From Rhodospirillales bacterium (GTDB taxonomy: Bacteria; Pseudomonadota; Alphaproteobacteria; CACIAM-22H2): a stretch of DNA of 64,000 nt. Of this stretch, positions 38,959-48,495 are shown piece after piece. Position 1 is the stretch's first letter, and every line of letters starts with the position of its first letter. A model generated the notes under the pieces. The model did not search any database and was not told the DNA's origin. It saw only the letters and a program-made list of their open reading frames with translations. The DNA lies in assembly GCA_947445225.1 (NCBI GenBank), contig CANFCX010000001.1, forward strand, positions 24,189 through 88,188, read 5' to 3'. Made by a program: the position numbers and the translations under genes.

Positions 38959-40160
38959 CACCCTGGCTTTTTGTCGTCGGCGTCGGCGAGGACGGGCTGG
39001 ACGGGCTGCCGTCGTCCCATCGCGCGTTGATCGATTCCGCGGAAGTTCTGGTCGGCGGCGAGCGTCTGCTCGCCATGGTTCCCGCGGGCAAGGCCGAACG
39101 CATCGCCTGGTCCAGGCCGTTTGCCGATTCATTTCCCGCCATCGCCGCCCAGCGCGGGCGCCTGGTCGTCGCGCTCGCCTCGGGCGACCCGCTGTGGTTC
39201 GGCGCCGGCGCCTCCCTGCTCGACCGGTTCACGATCGAGGACATGACGATTCTGCCCACGCCCGGCGCCTTCAGCCTGGCGGCGGCACGCCTGGGCTGGC
39301 CGCTCGCGGGCGTGGAGACGATCAGCCTCGCGGCGCGCCCGCTCGCGCAGCTCCACCTTTTTCTCGCGCCCGGAATCCGCATCCTGGCGCTTTCACAGGA
39401 CGGGACGACACCCGCGCAAGCCGCCGCGCTGTTGCGCGAGGCGGGTTGGGGGCCAAGCCGATTTGTCCTGCTTGAAAGGCTCGGCGGCGAGCGGGAGCGA
39501 ATCGTCGAGGGCACGGCGGAAAATTGGCTGGCCGAACGCTGCAACGTACTCAACACGATCGCCATCGAGTGTCGCCCCGGACCGGGGGCCAAACCACGCT
39601 CGCGCACCGCCGGTTTGCCCGACGACGCCTTCCGCCATGACGGCCAGATCACCAAACAAGAGGTGCGCGCCGCGACGCTCGCCGCGCTCGCGCCGCTGCC
39701 GGGCGCGCTGCTTTGGGACATCGGCGCCGGCTGCGGCTCGATCGGCATCGAATGGTCGCGTGCCGCCCGCGATGCCCAGGCCATCGCCATCGAACGCGAT
39801 GAATCGCGGCGTGCGCTGATCGCCGCCAATGCCGCGGGACTCGGCGTACCCGGCCTGCGGATCGTGGCCGGCGCCGCGCCCGGCGCACTCGCAAAATTGC
39901 CGACGCCGGACGCCGTTTTCATCGGCGGCGGCATCGGCGATCCCGGCCTTGTCGAGGCGGCGTGGGCCGCGCTGAAACCGCGCGGTCGGCTCGTCGCCAA
40001 CGCGGTGACGGTCGCGGGCGAAGCCGCCCTGGCGGCGGCGCGGGCGGCTTACGGCGGCGAGCTGGCGCGACTCCAGGTCTCGCGCGCCGAGAAGCTCGGC
40101 GATCATTTGGCATGGCGGCCCTTGTTGCCGGTCACGCAATGGGCGGCGACGAAGGTCTGA
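38955..40160 (+). CDS. cobL: Precorrin-6Y C5,15-methyltransferase (decarboxylating) CobL/CbiET
   Basis: ATGA overlap with cobH; MTPWLFVVGVGEDGLDGL... tetrapyrrole methylase N-domain and SAM-MTase C-domain (LWDIGAGCGSIGIE). Confidence 0.9.
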   Translation: MTPWLFVVGVGEDGLDGLPSSHRALIDSAEVLVGGERLLAMVPAGKAERIAWSRPFADSFPAIAAQRGRLVVALASGDPLWFGAGASLLDRFTIEDMTILPTPGAFSLAAARLGWPLAGVETISLAARPLAQLHLFLAPGIRILALSQDGTTPAQAAALLREAGWGPSRFVLLERLGGERERIVEGTAENWLAERCNVLNTIAIECRPGPGAKPRSRTAGLPDDAFRHDGQITKQEVRAATLAALAPLPGALLWDIGAGCGSIGIEWSRAARDAQAIAIERDESRRALIAANAAGLGVPGLRIVAGAAPGALAKLPTPDAVFIGGGIGDPGLVEAAWAALKPRGRLVANAVTVAGEAALAAARAAYGGELARLQVSRAEKLGDHLAWRPLLPVTQWAATKV

Positions 40161-40163
40161 GCG

Positions 40164-40871
40164 ATGGGTATCGGCACCCTTTACGGTCTCGGTGTCGGGC
40201 CGGGCGATCCGGAGCTTCTCACGCTCAAGGCCCTGCGCCTGTTGCGCGCCTGCCCGGTGATCGCCTATCCCGCGCCGGAGGAAGGCAACAGTTTCGCGCG
40301 CTCCATCGTTGCGCCCCACCTGATCGGAAACCAGCGGGAGATCGAAATCCGCATGCCGTTAAGCGCCGAGCGATTCCCCGCGGCGGAGGCTTATGACCGC
40401 GGCGCCGAGGCCATCGCGGCCGAGCTGCGCGCGGGAAACGACGTGGCGGTGTTGTGCCAGGGCGACCCGTTTCTCTATGGCTCCTTCCAATATCTGTTCG
40501 CGCGCATGGCCGACAACTTCAAGGTTGTGGTTGTTCCGGGCGTTTCGTCGATCACCGCGTCGGCGGCGGCGCTGCGCATGTCATTGGCGGCCCGCGACGA
40601 TATCGTCACGATTATCCCCGGGACGCTGCCGGAGGACCGGCTGGAAGCGATGCTCGCCGCGGCCGATGCGGCGGCCATTCTCAAACTAGGGCGGCATTTC
40701 GCCAAGGTGCGTACGGTGTTGGACCGGCTTGGCCTCGCCGATCGCGCCCGTTATATCGAACGCGCCACGCTGGACGGCCAGGCCATGACACCGCTCGCCA
40801 GCGTCGATCCGGCGCGGGTTCCCTATTTCTCGATGATCCTCGTGCATAAACGCGGCGCGGCTTTCCGATGA
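40164..40871 (+). CDS. cobI: Precorrin-2 C20-methyltransferase CobI/CbiL
   Basis: MGIGTLYGLGVGPGDPELLTLKALRLL... typical. Confidence 0.9.
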   Translation: MGIGTLYGLGVGPGDPELLTLKALRLLRACPVIAYPAPEEGNSFARSIVAPHLIGNQREIEIRMPLSAERFPAAEAYDRGAEAIAAELRAGNDVAVLCQGDPFLYGSFQYLFARMADNFKVVVVPGVSSITASAAALRMSLAARDDIVTIIPGTLPEDRLEAMLAAADAAAILKLGRHFAKVRTVLDRLGLADRARYIERATLDGQAMTPLASVDPARVPYFSMILVHKRGAAFR

Positions 40872-42685
40872 ACCGGACACGTCTGCCCCAGGGCGCCGCG
40901 CTGGTCGCGTTGACCGCCGACGGCGCGCGGCTCGCCGCACGTCTGCAGCCCGCCTTGCCGGGCGCCCGCATCCATGGGCTCGGTTCCCGCATTGCCGACG
41001 CCGATGAGATTTTCTCCGACACGGCCGAACACCTGCGTTTCCTCTTCGCCGCCGGCCGGCCCATCATCGGTATCTGCGCGGCCGGCATCCTGATCCGCGC
41101 GCTGGCGCCGCTGATCGCCAACAAACGCGCCGAACCGCCGGTCATCGCCGTCGCGGCCGATGGCGGCGCGGTCGTGCCGCTTCTCGGCGGGCATCGCGGC
41201 GCCAACCGGCTCGCCAAATCCATCGCTTCCGCGCTCGGCGGCGTCGCTTCGATCACAACCGCCGGTGATACGGCCCTCGGTTTTGCCCTGGACGACCCGC
41301 CGGCGGGATGGCGCGTCGCCAATGTCGAGGCCGCCAAGGCAATGGCGGCCGCGCTTCTTGCGGGCGACTCCGTGGCGTTGGTGGTGGAGTCCGGCGACGC
41401 CACCTGGCTGCGTGAATCGGGGATCGCCTTCGTGGAAGCCGCCCCGCTCCGCGTGTTGGTCACCGATCGCGCCGTCATCGGCGATGCCTCTACGCTCGTC
41501 CTGCATCCGCCGGTTCTGGCCGTGGGTGTGGGCTGCGAGCGGGATGCCGACCCGGAGGAACTTGCCCGGCTGGTCGATGGCACCTTGGCGGCGCATGGGC
41601 TGTCGCCGCTTGCGGTCGCCTGTGTCGCCAGCATCGACTTGAAGGCCGACGAACCGGCCGTGCAGTCGCTGGCGCGAAGACTGGGCGTACCGGCCAGGTT
41701 CTACCCCGCCGCGCGGCTGGAGGACGAAAAGCCGCGCCTGCGCAACCCGTCCGAAGTCGTGTTCCGCGAAACCGGCTGTCATGGCGTCGCCGAGGGCGCC
41801 GCGCTGGCCGCCGCCGGGAGAGAATCCGTGCTGGTCGTGCCCAAGATCAAATCGGCGCGCGCCACCGGCGCCGTCGCGCGCAGTCCGGCCGACATCGATG
41901 CGACGGCGGTTGGCCGCGGGCGCGGCCGTCTGGCGATAATCGGCATCGGTCCCGGCGCGGCCGCGTTACGTACACCGGAGGCCTCCGCCGCTTTGGCCGA
42001 AGCGACCGATATTGTCGGCTATTCCCTTTACCTGGAACTGCTCGGGTCGGCCGTCACCGGCAAACGCATCCACGAACGGCCATTGGGCGCGGAGACCGAA
42101 CGAACGCAACTCGCGCTCGACCTCGCCGCCGCCGGAGCGACCGTGGCGTTGATTTCATCCGGCGACGCCGGAATCTATGGCTTGGCGAGCCTCGCCTTCG
42201 AATTACTCGACCGCGAGAACCGGGCCGATTGGAATCGCATCGCCATCGCGGTTTTACCGGGGGTTTCCGCGCTCCAGGCGGCGGCCGCCGCGGCCGGGGC
42301 CGTCCTCGGCCATGATTTCGCGGCGATTTCGCTGTCCGATTTGTTGACGCCCTGGCCCGATATCGAGCGGCGGCTGCGGGCCGCGGCCGAGGGCGATTTC
42401 GTCGTCGCCCTTTACAATCCCGCCTCGGCGAAGCGGCAACGCGGGATCGGCGTGGCCCGCGACATCCTGCTGGCCCATCGCGCCCCCGACACGCCTGTCG
42501 TGTTGGCGCGCAATCTGGGCCGCGACGGCCAAGTTGTCGACACCATCAGCTTGGCGGAACTCGGCCCCGACAAGGTCGACATGCTGACCATCGTATTGAT
42601 CGGCTCGACCCAATCGCGAAGAATGCGCCGCGGCCGGGAGGATTGGGTCTACACGCCGCGCGGTTACGAACGGAAATCGACGTAG
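40868..42685 (+). CDS. cobJ: CbiG-like (cobalt-precorrin-5A hydrolase) domain fused to precorrin-3B C17-methyltransferase CobJ/CbiH
   Basis: N-terminal ~340 aa with CbiG_C/CobE-like VGVGCERDADPEEL..; C-terminal RLAIIGIGPGAAALRTPEA... tetrapyrrole methylase. Confidence 0.85.
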   Translation: MNRTRLPQGAALVALTADGARLAARLQPALPGARIHGLGSRIADADEIFSDTAEHLRFLFAAGRPIIGICAAGILIRALAPLIANKRAEPPVIAVAADGGAVVPLLGGHRGANRLAKSIASALGGVASITTAGDTALGFALDDPPAGWRVANVEAAKAMAAALLAGDSVALVVESGDATWLRESGIAFVEAAPLRVLVTDRAVIGDASTLVLHPPVLAVGVGCERDADPEELARLVDGTLAAHGLSPLAVACVASIDLKADEPAVQSLARRLGVPARFYPAARLEDEKPRLRNPSEVVFRETGCHGVAEGAALAAAGRESVLVVPKIKSARATGAVARSPADIDATAVGRGRGRLAIIGIGPGAAALRTPEASAALAEATDIVGYSLYLELLGSAVTGKRIHERPLGAETERTQLALDLAAAGATVALISSGDAGIYGLASLAFELLDRENRADWNRIAIAVLPGVSALQAAAAAAGAVLGHDFAAISLSDLLTPWPDIERRLRAAAEGDFVVALYNPASAKRQRGIGVARDILLAHRAPDTPVVLARNLGRDGQVVDTISLAELGPDKVDMLTIVLIGSTQSRRMRRGREDWVYTPRGYERKST

Positions 42686-44505
42686 AAGGCCTCGATCTGG
42701 CCCTGGCGACCGCGCACCTCCACCATGCCGATGGATTTGACGGGAAGATCGAGCTTCGACGCCTGCCGCGTGACCCCGCTCATCACGACCACGACATTGC
42801 CGGCATTGTCGATGGACTTGCCGAGCTGCTCCAGCCGGTTCGCGGTGTTCACCGTGTCGCCGACGATGGTGTAGTTGATGCGGCCGGGCGCGCCGATATT
42901 GCCGACGACGACGTCACCCGAATGCAGGCCGATGCGAATGCCCAAGGCCCCGCCCTCGCGCCCCATGGCCTCGGCGATGGCCAGCGCGGCGCGGCAGCCA
43001 CGGGCGGCATGGTCTTTCTGTTTCTCGGGCGCGCCCCAAAAGGCCATGACGGCGTCGCCGATGAATTTGTCCACGGTGCCACCCTCGGCCTCGATGCAGG
43101 CGGTGACCAGCCCGAAATGCCGGTTGAGCAGCGCCGCGACTTCCGGCGCCGGGAGTTTTTCCGCCATCGTGGTGAACCCGGCGATGTCGGTGAACATCAC
43201 CGTGACCGTACGTTCCTTCGACGGCATCGCGCCCTTTGCCGCGTCCCATTCGCCATGGCCGACCAATCGTTGCACCAGCTTCCTGGGGACATAGGTCTCG
43301 AACCAACGCAACCCGACGACCATGGCATTGAAGGCCTGGGCCGCGGCGTTCAGCTCCACGAACAGGGTGCGGGGCAACCTTTCGACCGTATCCAGCGACA
43401 GATCGCTCACCCGCCGCGCCGCGATCGAAAGCCGGATCAGCGGCACGGTTAAATATCGGGAATAACCGTAAGCGACCAGCAACGAGACGAGCAGAACCGC
43501 GATCCCGGCGATCGCCGCCCAGCGCAGGCGTGTCAGTTCGTCGGTGATGTCGGTGGCGGCAAAATAGACGCCGACTTCCCAGGGCTTGTCGCTGTAGCGG
43601 TTCAAGACGCGCGACAACATGGCGTATTGAGTGCCACCGGATTCGGCGAGCCGGATGCCGGTCTTTTCGGTGAAGTCGCGGTCGAGCACGTTCAAACTCT
43701 GCGGACGGTCGAATGCCAGGAGAACCGGATCCCCGACCTCCGCGATCGTGGGCAGCAAATTGTCGCCGCGCGGCGGCCGGCGCGTCTGAAGAAGGGGATG
43801 GGCGAGGACCATGTGATGGTCGTAAAGAATGAAAGCCGTGCCCTTGAGGGTGCGCGCGGTGTCGTCGAGAATTTGCGAAAACTGGTCCACCTGGACGGTG
43901 GCCGCCAACAGCCCGACATAATTGCCGCCGATGCGAACCGGGTGGCGAACATTGACCAGCACCTGATCAGCGGTTTCCGGCAGCACGATTTCCGCCCAAT
44001 ACAGTCCCGTCCTATCGCGCGCCACGTCCATGGCGTTGCTGATGACCGGCATCGCGCGCACGTCGATGACGTCGAGCGCGACTCCATTCGGATGGCGAAG
44101 GGCCCGCAGCATCGAATTGTCGGCGCCGATGAGTACGAGCGAACGCACTTCGGGAGTCGCCGACAAGGCGCCGGCAAAGTATTTGCCCAGATCGCCGGTC
44201 TCGAAGGTGATGGTACCGGCCTCGATCTGGCGGGCAAGGTGGGTGAGCTGATTCTCCACCGGCCGCAGATATTGGTCGATCACGCTGACGATCTGCTGGC
44301 TTGCGGCTTCGGATTTGTCGCGCAGCAGGTCGATGGTATTGGTGCGGGCGCTCCAGATTCCGAGCGCCAGGACCGATGCCACGGCAAGGAAGACGAGGCC
44401 GCCGAAACCAAGCACCAAACCGGTGGCGATCTTGATCTCGGCCGACGGGTGCGGCGCCTCGCCCTGTGCGGCCGGGGCGGCGATGGCGGGGGAGTCGCTT
44501 TTCAT
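42664..44505 (-). CDS. Membrane-bound class III adenylate/guanylate cyclase with periplasmic sensor domain and HAMP
   Basis: Two TM segments flanking ~270-aa periplasmic region, HAMP, then cyclase domain (FTDIAGFTTMAE..GDAVMAFWGAP..RIGLHSGDVVVGNIG). Confidence 0.85.
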   Translation of the reverse strand: MKSDSPAIAAPAAQGEAPHPSAEIKIATGLVLGFGGLVFLAVASVLALGIWSARTNTIDLLRDKSEAASQQIVSVIDQYLRPVENQLTHLARQIEAGTITFETGDLGKYFAGALSATPEVRSLVLIGADNSMLRALRHPNGVALDVIDVRAMPVISNAMDVARDRTGLYWAEIVLPETADQVLVNVRHPVRIGGNYVGLLAATVQVDQFSQILDDTARTLKGTAFILYDHHMVLAHPLLQTRRPPRGDNLLPTIAEVGDPVLLAFDRPQSLNVLDRDFTEKTGIRLAESGGTQYAMLSRVLNRYSDKPWEVGVYFAATDITDELTRLRWAAIAGIAVLLVSLLVAYGYSRYLTVPLIRLSIAARRVSDLSLDTVERLPRTLFVELNAAAQAFNAMVVGLRWFETYVPRKLVQRLVGHGEWDAAKGAMPSKERTVTVMFTDIAGFTTMAEKLPAPEVAALLNRHFGLVTACIEAEGGTVDKFIGDAVMAFWGAPEKQKDHAARGCRAALAIAEAMGREGGALGIRIGLHSGDVVVGNIGAPGRINYTIVGDTVNTANRLEQLGKSIDNAGNVVVVMSGVTRQASKLDLPVKSIGMVEVRGRQGQIEAFYVDFRS

Positions 44506-44530
44506 GGCGGCACCAAGCTAAGAATACCGG

Positions 44531-45301
44531 ATGATCGTGCATTTCATCGGCGCGGGGCCGGGTGCCGCAGACCTTATCACGGTGCGCGGCCTCAACCTCA
44601 TTCGGCGCTGTCCCGTAATTCTGTATGCCGGATCGCTGGTCCCGGATGCGGTGGTCGCGGAGGCGCCCCAAGGCGCCCGAATCGTCGATACCGCGCCGCT
44701 CCACCTGGATCAAATCGTGGAAGAGATGCGCGCCGCCCATGCCCGCAACGAGGACGTGGCCCGAATCCATTCCGGCGATCCCTCGCTTTACGGGGCCATC
44801 GGGGAGCAGATGCGGCGGCTCGACGCTTTGGGCATCCCGTATGACGTGACGCCGGGCGTGCCGGCCTATGCGGCGGCGGCGGCGGCCCTGCGCGCCGAGC
44901 TGACCCTGCCGGGACTTAGCCAGACCGTGATCCTGACCCGCACCGCCGTGCGGGCCTCAGCGATGCCCGAGGGGGAGTCGCTGTCCCGGCTGGGGGCTAG
45001 CGGGGCGACGCTCGCCATTCATCTGTCGATCAACAACCTCGCCGTCGTTCTTCGCGAATTGACACCTTTGTATGGCGGCGATTGCCCGGTCGCCGTCGTC
45101 CACCGCGCCTCGTGGCCGGACGAGGCGATCCTGCGCGGCACACTCGCCGACATCCGCGCCAAGGTGAAGGCGGCGGGTTTCACGCGCACGGCCATGATCC
45201 TGGTCGGCCGCGCCTTGGCGCCGGCCGGCTTCGACGACAGCCGGCTTTATGCCGCCGACCATCGCCATGTCTGCCGCAAGGCCGGAAACGATCAGGACTG
45301 A
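44531..45301 (+). CDS. cobM: Precorrin-4 C11-methyltransferase CobM/CbiF
   Basis: [38 protein letters not shown]... typical. Confidence 0.9.
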   Translation: MIVHFIGAGPGAADLITVRGLNLIRRCPVILYAGSLVPDAVVAEAPQGARIVDTAPLHLDQIVEEMRAAHARNEDVARIHSGDPSLYGAIGEQMRRLDALGIPYDVTPGVPAYAAAAAALRAELTLPGLSQTVILTRTAVRASAMPEGESLSRLGASGATLAIHLSINNLAVVLRELTPLYGGDCPVAVVHRASWPDEAILRGTLADIRAKVKAAGFTRTAMILVGRALAPAGFDDSRLYAADHRHVCRKAGNDQD

Positions 45302-46050
45302 AGCCGCGCCCTTATCCAGGCGAACGCCGCCGCGGGCGTGGCCACGGTTTCGCCCTGGTCCTTGACCGGCCGCCGCAGAAGGATCACCGGGATGCGAGCC
45401 TCGCGCGCGGCGATCAGCTTCGCCGCGGTCGCGCCGCCCCCGCTGGCTTTGGCGATGACCACGTCGATGTGGTGGCGGGCAAGCAGGGTCCGTTCGGATT
45501 CGAGCGTGAACGGCCCGCGGCCGAGAACGATTTCATAAGCGTTCAGTTGCAGACGCGCCTTGGGCGGATCGATCAGGCGCACCAGGAACCAGGTGTCCGC
45601 GATCCCGGAAAACGCCGGCAGGGCGCGGCTCCCGACGGTGAGGAACACCCGCCGGCCGAGCCCCGGCAACAACGAAGCCGCCGCGGCCGCGTCCTCGACC
45701 TCGACCCAGCGATCGCCGTCCTGACGCTCCCAAGCGGGCCGGGCGAGTCGCAACAAGGGCACGCCGGCGGCGGCGCAGGCGACATCGGCATTGGCGGCGA
45801 TCTCGGTGGCGAAGGGGTGGGTGGCGTCCACGACAAGCTCGACGTTCCGTTCGGCAAGAAAGGCGGCGAGGCCGCTCTTTCCGCCGAAACCGCCCCTGCG
45901 GACTTCCCCCGGCGGCAGATGTGGATGTTCGGTGCGGCCGGCAAGCGAGGTCACGATTTCTACTCCCGGCACCTGGCTGAGCATCTCCGCCAAGGCCACG
46001 GCCTCGGCCGTGCCGCCCAGGATGAGCAACCGGCGGCTAGGGCCCGGCAT
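45292..46050 (-). CDS. cobK: Precorrin-6A reductase CobK/CbiJ
   Basis: ATG at 46050 ([17 protein letters not shown]...); CobK-like throughout. Confidence 0.85.
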   Translation of the reverse strand: MPGPSRRLLILGGTAEAVALAEMLSQVPGVEIVTSLAGRTEHPHLPPGEVRRGGFGGKSGLAAFLAERNVELVVDATHPFATEIAANADVACAAAGVPLLRLARPAWERQDGDRWVEVEDAAAAASLLPGLGRRVFLTVGSRALPAFSGIADTWFLVRLIDPPKARLQLNAYEIVLGRGPFTLESERTLLARHHIDVVIAKASGGGATAAKLIAAREARIPVILLRRPVKDQGETVATPAAAFAWIRARLQS

Positions 46051-47155
46051 GGCCGAGCAAGACGCCGCCCCGATCGAAGACCGCCACGTCGACCGCGACG
46101 CCGCCGGCCAGCGCGGCCAGCGCGGTTTCGCGCGCACGGCGCGCGACCTGTTCGGCAAGCCGCGGCCCCCAGGAAGCACCGGCGGCGGCCATGATCTGCC
46201 CCGCCGTGGTGGCGCCGGCCACCGCGTGCAGCGCCTCGTCCGGTGCTCCGATCTCGCGCAACAGGCTCATCAACGCCACGCTGTCCACGGATGAACGGCC
46301 GGAATGAAGGTCGAGGTGCCCGGCCGCGAGTTTCGACAATTTTCCGAAGCCGCCGGCGATTGTCAGGCGCGGCACCGGATGCGACCTCAGATATTTGAGA
46401 AGGCCGCCGGCGAAATCGCCCATGTCGATCAGGGCGACCTCCGGCAATCCGTAGAGGCTCTGCACGGCCGCTTCCGAAGTCGATCCGGTGCAGGCCGCGA
46501 TATGCCCCCGTCCGGCGGCGCGGGCGACATCGACGCCGCGTTGAATCGCGTGAATCCAGGACGAACAGGAATAGGGAATGACAACCCCGGTGGTGCCCAA
46601 GATGGAAAGGCCGCCAACGATGCCCAGCCGCGCATTCATGGTTTTTTTCGCGAGTTCGACCCCGCCGGGTATGGAGATGGTGACCATGACATCGCCGCTG
46701 CCGCCAAAGGCACCGGCGATTTCGCCGATGGTCTGTCGAATCATCCCGCGCGGCGCCGGGTTGATCGCGGGTTCGCCGGGCGCCAGCGACAATCCGGGCA
46801 AGGTCACCGTGCCGACACCCTCCCCGGCCTTGAAGACGACGCCACCGCCCTCCGCGCCGCGCGCGACCTCGACGACAATCAACGCGCCATGGGTGATGTC
46901 AGGATCGTCGCCGGCATCCTTGATAATGGCGGCGCGCGCCCAACCGGCGCCGAGTTCACCGCAGGCGACGGCAAAACTCGGTCTTTCGCCGCGCGGCAGG
47001 GCAATCGCGACCGGGTTTGGAAAGACCCCCGTCAGCAGGGCCTGATAGGCGGCCCGCGCGGCGGCGGTGGCGCAGGCGCCCGTGGTCCAGCCACGGCGCA
47101 AATCGCGCCGGTCGGCCGGCCTGGTCGCCGATTCTTCGGGATCGACATCGGCCAC
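46037..47155 (-). CDS. cbiD: Cobalt-precorrin-5B (C1)-methyltransferase CbiD
   Basis: LRRGWTTGACATAAARAA... hallmark CbiD N-terminus. Confidence 0.88.
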   Translation of the reverse strand: MADVDPEESATRPADRRDLRRGWTTGACATAAARAAYQALLTGVFPNPVAIALPRGERPSFAVACGELGAGWARAAIIKDAGDDPDITHGALIVVEVARGAEGGGVVFKAGEGVGTVTLPGLSLAPGEPAINPAPRGMIRQTIGEIAGAFGGSGDVMVTISIPGGVELAKKTMNARLGIVGGLSILGTTGVVIPYSCSSWIHAIQRGVDVARAAGRGHIAACTGSTSEAAVQSLYGLPEVALIDMGDFAGGLLKYLRSHPVPRLTIAGGFGKLSKLAAGHLDLHSGRSSVDSVALMSLLREIGAPDEALHAVAGATTAGQIMAAAGASWGPRLAEQVARRARETALAALAGGVAVDVAVFDRGGVLLGHAGP

Positions 47156-47229
47156 GAAAAAATCCTCAAGGTTTTCCCGTTCATCAAAGCGGCTATCGAT
47201 GGCTCATGGCAAGTCCCGTGCGCGGCGGC

Positions 47230-48459
47230 TCACCAGGTCATCGCGCCGATACCATTCAGCCAAGCCACGGCCACAGCGATGGACAGCAGCGCGATCGGGA
47301 TGCCCGACCGGGCATGGTCGGCGAAACTCAGGCGAACACCCACCGTCGCCGCTCGCTCCACCACGATCAGATTGGCGATGCTGCCGACCAGCAGAAAATT
47401 GCCGGCGAGCGTCGATAGCAGGCCCAGGCCGTGCAGCGCGCCGCGCGGCAATTCCGGCCACATTTCCAGCAGCATCACGACCGCGGGCACGTTGCCGATC
47501 GTGTTGCTGAGGACCAGGGCCAACGGCGCCATCAAATGCAGGCGGTCGGGCAGCCAATCCTGTTCCGCCAGCATTCCCAGAAAAGCGTCGGGCAGGCCGG
47601 TGGCGGCAAAGGCGTCGTTGACGACGAACAAGGCGGCAAAAAGAACAAGAAGTGGCCAGTCGACGGTCACGAGCATGTCGCGGCTGGCGAAGCGGCGGCT
47701 GAACAGCATCGCCGAGGCAACCAAAAGCGCCGCACTTTCGCGCGGCAGCTCCGTCGCGAACAAGACGAGGAGGACACCAACCCCGAGGCCGGCGCCAAAA
47801 AGCTGCCGCCGATCCATTCTTGGCGAATCCTGAAAATCAATACTCGGACCGCGTGGCGCCAGGGACTCGCGCCATAGGAACCCCACGACGGCATAAACGA
47901 TGGCCATGGAAAGGACGGAAGGCACGACGCAGACCGCCGCGAAGCTCCAAAAATCGAGCGCGCCGACCTGGCCGATCAGGATGTTCTGTGGATTGCCGAT
48001 GAGTGTCGCCGCGGAGCCGGCGTTGCTCGCGCCGGCGAGCGCGATCAAAAAAGGCCGGGGATCCAGGCCGCGGGCACGAACCCCGGCGCAGAGCAGCGGC
48101 GTCATCGCGAAGACAACGACATCGTTGACCAGGATCGCCGACAGACCGCCGCCGACGGCCACGGTCAACGCCAGCAATGTCCGTGGGCTACCCTCGTGCC
48201 GCGCGATCCAGGAAGCGGCCGCGTCGTAAAAGCCGAGTGCCGCAAAGCGCGCCGACAGGACCATCAACCCGAACAGCAGCAAGACGGTCGGGAAGTCGAT
48301 GGCGTCGGGAAGACGGTCGGCGGGCAACACACCCGAAGCGACCAGAATGACCGCCCCGGTCAGCGCGGCGCCGGTGCGATCCAGCCGCAACCCCGGCACC
48401 CGGCCCACCGCCATCACGATATAGACGGCGGCGAAAACCGCGCTGGCTAACCAGGGCAC
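47230..48459 (-). CDS. ArsB/NhaD/DASS-superfamily anion/metal permease (12-TM), first gene of the cbiD-cobK operon
   Basis: 409 aa, highly hydrophobic, internal repeat topology; family assignment from general sequence character only. Confidence 0.65.
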   Translation of the reverse strand: MPWLASAVFAAVYIVMAVGRVPGLRLDRTGAALTGAVILVASGVLPADRLPDAIDFPTVLLLFGLMVLSARFAALGFYDAAASWIARHEGSPRTLLALTVAVGGGLSAILVNDVVVFAMTPLLCAGVRARGLDPRPFLIALAGASNAGSAATLIGNPQNILIGQVGALDFWSFAAVCVVPSVLSMAIVYAVVGFLWRESLAPRGPSIDFQDSPRMDRRQLFGAGLGVGVLLVLFATELPRESAALLVASAMLFSRRFASRDMLVTVDWPLLVLFAALFVVNDAFAATGLPDAFLGMLAEQDWLPDRLHLMAPLALVLSNTIGNVPAVVMLLEMWPELPRGALHGLGLLSTLAGNFLLVGSIANLIVVERAATVGVRLSFADHARSGIPIALLSIAVAVAWLNGIGAMTW

Positions 48460-48495
48460 AGCGCGGCCAGGACCGGCAAAGCCCCGGCGAGAGCC